Shown here: positions 61,239-64,000 of the stretch, piece after piece
Layout: each line of letters starts with the position of its first letter
Numbering within the stretch: the stretch's first letter is position 1
Assembly (NCBI RefSeq): GCF_026210795.1
Contig: NC_089435.1
Coordinates: forward strand, 124,001-188,000
Length of the DNA stretch: 64,000 bases
DNA from: Rhizophagus irregularis
Lineage: Eukaryota
Direction of reading: 5' to 3'
Position numbers and translations under genes: made by a program
The notes under the pieces: generated by a model
Databases searched by the model: none
What the model was told of the DNA's origin: nothing
Seen by the model: only the letters and a program-made list of their open reading frames with translations

Positions 61239-62554
61239 AAATAAATGGGTAATCCCCTGGAGCGTGTCACTCATTAAATATTAACTAATTTAACTATTTT
61301 AAACTAAAATTAGTAATTTCCCGGCTATCTATATGAGACCGGGAAATAAATAACTAAACGAAGATTGGTCATTTATAAACTCAGCTAATCACTCGCAATT
61401 TTTAAAAATTAGTATGAAGGTGATAAGGTGATCATGAGTGACACTTAGTGCGACAGGGCATAAATTGGTGGTGTTACTACGGTAAATCACTTGCTAGCAA
61501 ATAATTTTCTGTCACGTGATAATAAATTTATGTATTTTTTATAACCTGTACAATGATTTTTTTTTTTACGTTTTAGAATTAGTGCCTTCAATTTTTTCAT
61601 TCTACTTCCTGTTCTATTTCGGTTGGGTTATAGAATAGTTTTTTCTTTTAATTCTAGCCAGGGCTTGATTTATTGGGCGATGATTCTACATTGTGTATTT
61701 TTATAATTTTCTAGTTTGTTAAAATTACCAAATTATCAATGTATTCTCCTGGCTTTATACCTTAAAATAAATAAATAAATAAACAATAATTTTTTTTTTT
61801 GTTACCTGCAGCACATTTAGTAATTTATTAAATAAAAAAATAAGTAGTACAAATAAATATACTATAAGAACTAAAATTCTATTTTAATTAAGTATAAATT
61901 AAAAGTTTTTTATTAATAATTAGCGAATTTGAGATCGAAAAATAGTATTATTTTAATTAAAATCATTTTGCCGTTTTCAAAAATGTGTACAATTTGACAT
62001 GTCTCAGTTAAAACTTTATTTATTTCAATCATTTTTTTCTAAAGAAATATCAAGATCTTGAGATTACGTTTGTAAAAATATCGATCTTTCACACATGGAT
62101 GATCGAATCGCTCTTTGCATACCGTGGATCGATATCAAACCCAAACTTTCTGAGAATATTATCTTATTGAATGTTAAATAAAGCACAGAGTATTTTGCAA
62201 AAAGCATCTGTATTCCGATTACTGATTACTGTGTACAGTGCACCATTCTTGTACAGAAGTTAGCATACATATATTTTTATTTTTCCAAATTCAAGTAAAA
62301 CAAATGATTATATTACAGATAAAAATATACATGACAATTTTTGTAACATCTGAATCGCAATGCACTTAATTAAAGCTTTAACTATTCAATAAGACCTATT
62401 TCTTGCAAATTAAAATATGTATCTTAAAACAATCAGTCAATAATTCTTGCTGTTTGAAATCGCTTCTATGTTGGGATTCCTAAATCTCACAAAACCGTAA
62501 TAATAGTAAGTTCAATTCGGCTGTATTTTCTGATGGGAGCCCCAAGACTAAATT

Positions 62555-64000
62555 AATTATTACTACAATTTTTCTTTTGAGGAGGTGAGGCTTCTGCATT
62601 TGCAATCATGGTATTATCATTATCAATTTGCAAAGGATCACTTGTAATATACGTCAATATACTATTAAAACTTGAAGTAATCAAGTCCTAATATAAAATC
62701 ATTAATTACATTAGTACCACACTACCACTGTATGTTGTACAAAATAGCCTGTGCAAAACAGTTACCCGCAACATCCATAAGTTTGAAGCAAAAATTGGCA
62801 ACTCTTTGAAAAGTAAGAATGCAATTGTTGGATAGGAGAACATCATCTCGAGTTTGAAATAGTAAATTCCAGCAAATGGCAGCACATACTATATACATAT
62901 AAGTTGTGATCTACAAGAATTTATGAATGGAAAAACATAAGTATACATCGTAGTAAATTTATCTATTCAGCTCATAAAATTTACCATATATTTGTACACC
63001 GTACACTTTATCCTCCTAAATTTTTCGAAGTCGCCTGAGTATTTGATGTATACATAATTCAAGATAATTTTAAGCATCTTTGCTGTTTTATTTCGATCCC
63101 CCACGTAATGGATATGATCAGGTTTTGATGGACTTCCTGAGACTTCCAAGGTCGAGAACTCTAAACCAATATCCAAAATTGACATTATTGCATCGATTTT
63201 ATTCCCAGAACACCGTCTATTATCATCTTTTAGTGAACGGTTGAGTAGAATAGCAGAACAACGCAAGGTCTTTTCACCCCTGTTGAAACATCAACCGTGT
63301 ATAATGAATGACTAACGGGTATGAAAAAAAAGCCATTACCTAACACATCAAAACTATTTTAACTTACCAGTAACATTTCAAAAGTGGTTTATCTTTAATT
63401 AACATTATATAGACGCGAGAGACATATCTGATAATATAATCATATTCGGTTTGCTCTTCTTTTGAAGAAATTTCTACTATTTGGGAACTGTTCCCGGCTA
63501 TGATAACACAAAAGTTCAACGAGTTCAATGTTAGCACAAATTCGATTGCAAAACAGAAATTATACAGGATATTTACTATATTTCATCAACTCCAAAGACA
63601 GCTTCTTCCATCTTATATTTCCCTCTTTGCGTAACTTTTCACATTCTGTCTTTATCGCATCACATAATCCTTTCACGGTGTTCTGACAAAATAAACATAA
63701 ATGGTCCCAGGAATTTTTTTCTCAATATTGGCTTATAAAAAACCAACAGCAAATCAAAATTCACTAAACATCCCTACCACATTTTTCGATATTTTTGTTA
63801 AATATTGCCTGACGTCTTCCGCCCGACCATCTTGATCAGCTAAGGAAATGGAGTCAGAATCTGACGCTAGCATAATTTTATTTGGCTCAGACATCAAAAA
63901 CTTCTCAATAGTGCTTATGATATTGTCCCACTGATATTTGAAGAGCTCTCGGGCTTTTGTCCCGGATGAACTGTTTGTGTCTATGATGTTGTAACGCATT
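62555..64000 (-). pseudogene. Multi-exon REase-fold (Crinkler-type) gene, frameshifted, 5' part off the right edge
   Basis: GEKTLRCSAILLN..GNKIDAIMS..LEFSTLEVSG..DRNKTAKMLK..VYGVQIY..GIYYF, with GT-AG introns and at least two single-base frameshifts. Confidence 0.6.

Overview
This is a very AT-rich eukaryotic window with short GT-AG introns of about 70-80 nt. The gene and TE content points to a fungus, probably an arbuscular mycorrhizal one (Glomeromycotina, Rhizophagus-like); this is inference, not a database match. Positions 1-~48,000 are almost entirely a decayed, multiply nested transposon cluster. It holds two Ty3/Gypsy LTR families (a truncated copy, a solo LTR, an inverted internal fragment and a two-LTR copy), a CACTA/EnSpm element, a MULE, several hAT transposases, a Sola-type element, a Polinton/Maverick-like PolB fragment and at least nine MITE/foldback insertions, most with readable TIRs and TSDs. 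The last ~16 kb is more gene-like: an intact Uma2-like/REase-fold gene, an intact MSP1/ATAD1-like AAA+ ATPase gene, REase-fold pseudogenes and non-LTR retrotransposon remnants. The most striking unexplained structure is two tandem arrays (25.4-26.9 kb and 46.8-47.6 kb) whose repeat unit on the minus strand is a canonical spliceosomal intron plus a non-coding micro-exon. Each array lies just downstream of, and antisense to, a transposase from a different superfamily (hAT, Sola), and the two share a homologous intron whose branch point sits in a hairpin. Also notable: the Gypsy gag-pol layout suggests UGA-CUA readthrough, then a -1 frameshift, then a separate integrase ORF, and gag carries a long N-terminal HHCC/CxxC extension. 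All calls were made by eye, with no searches run.
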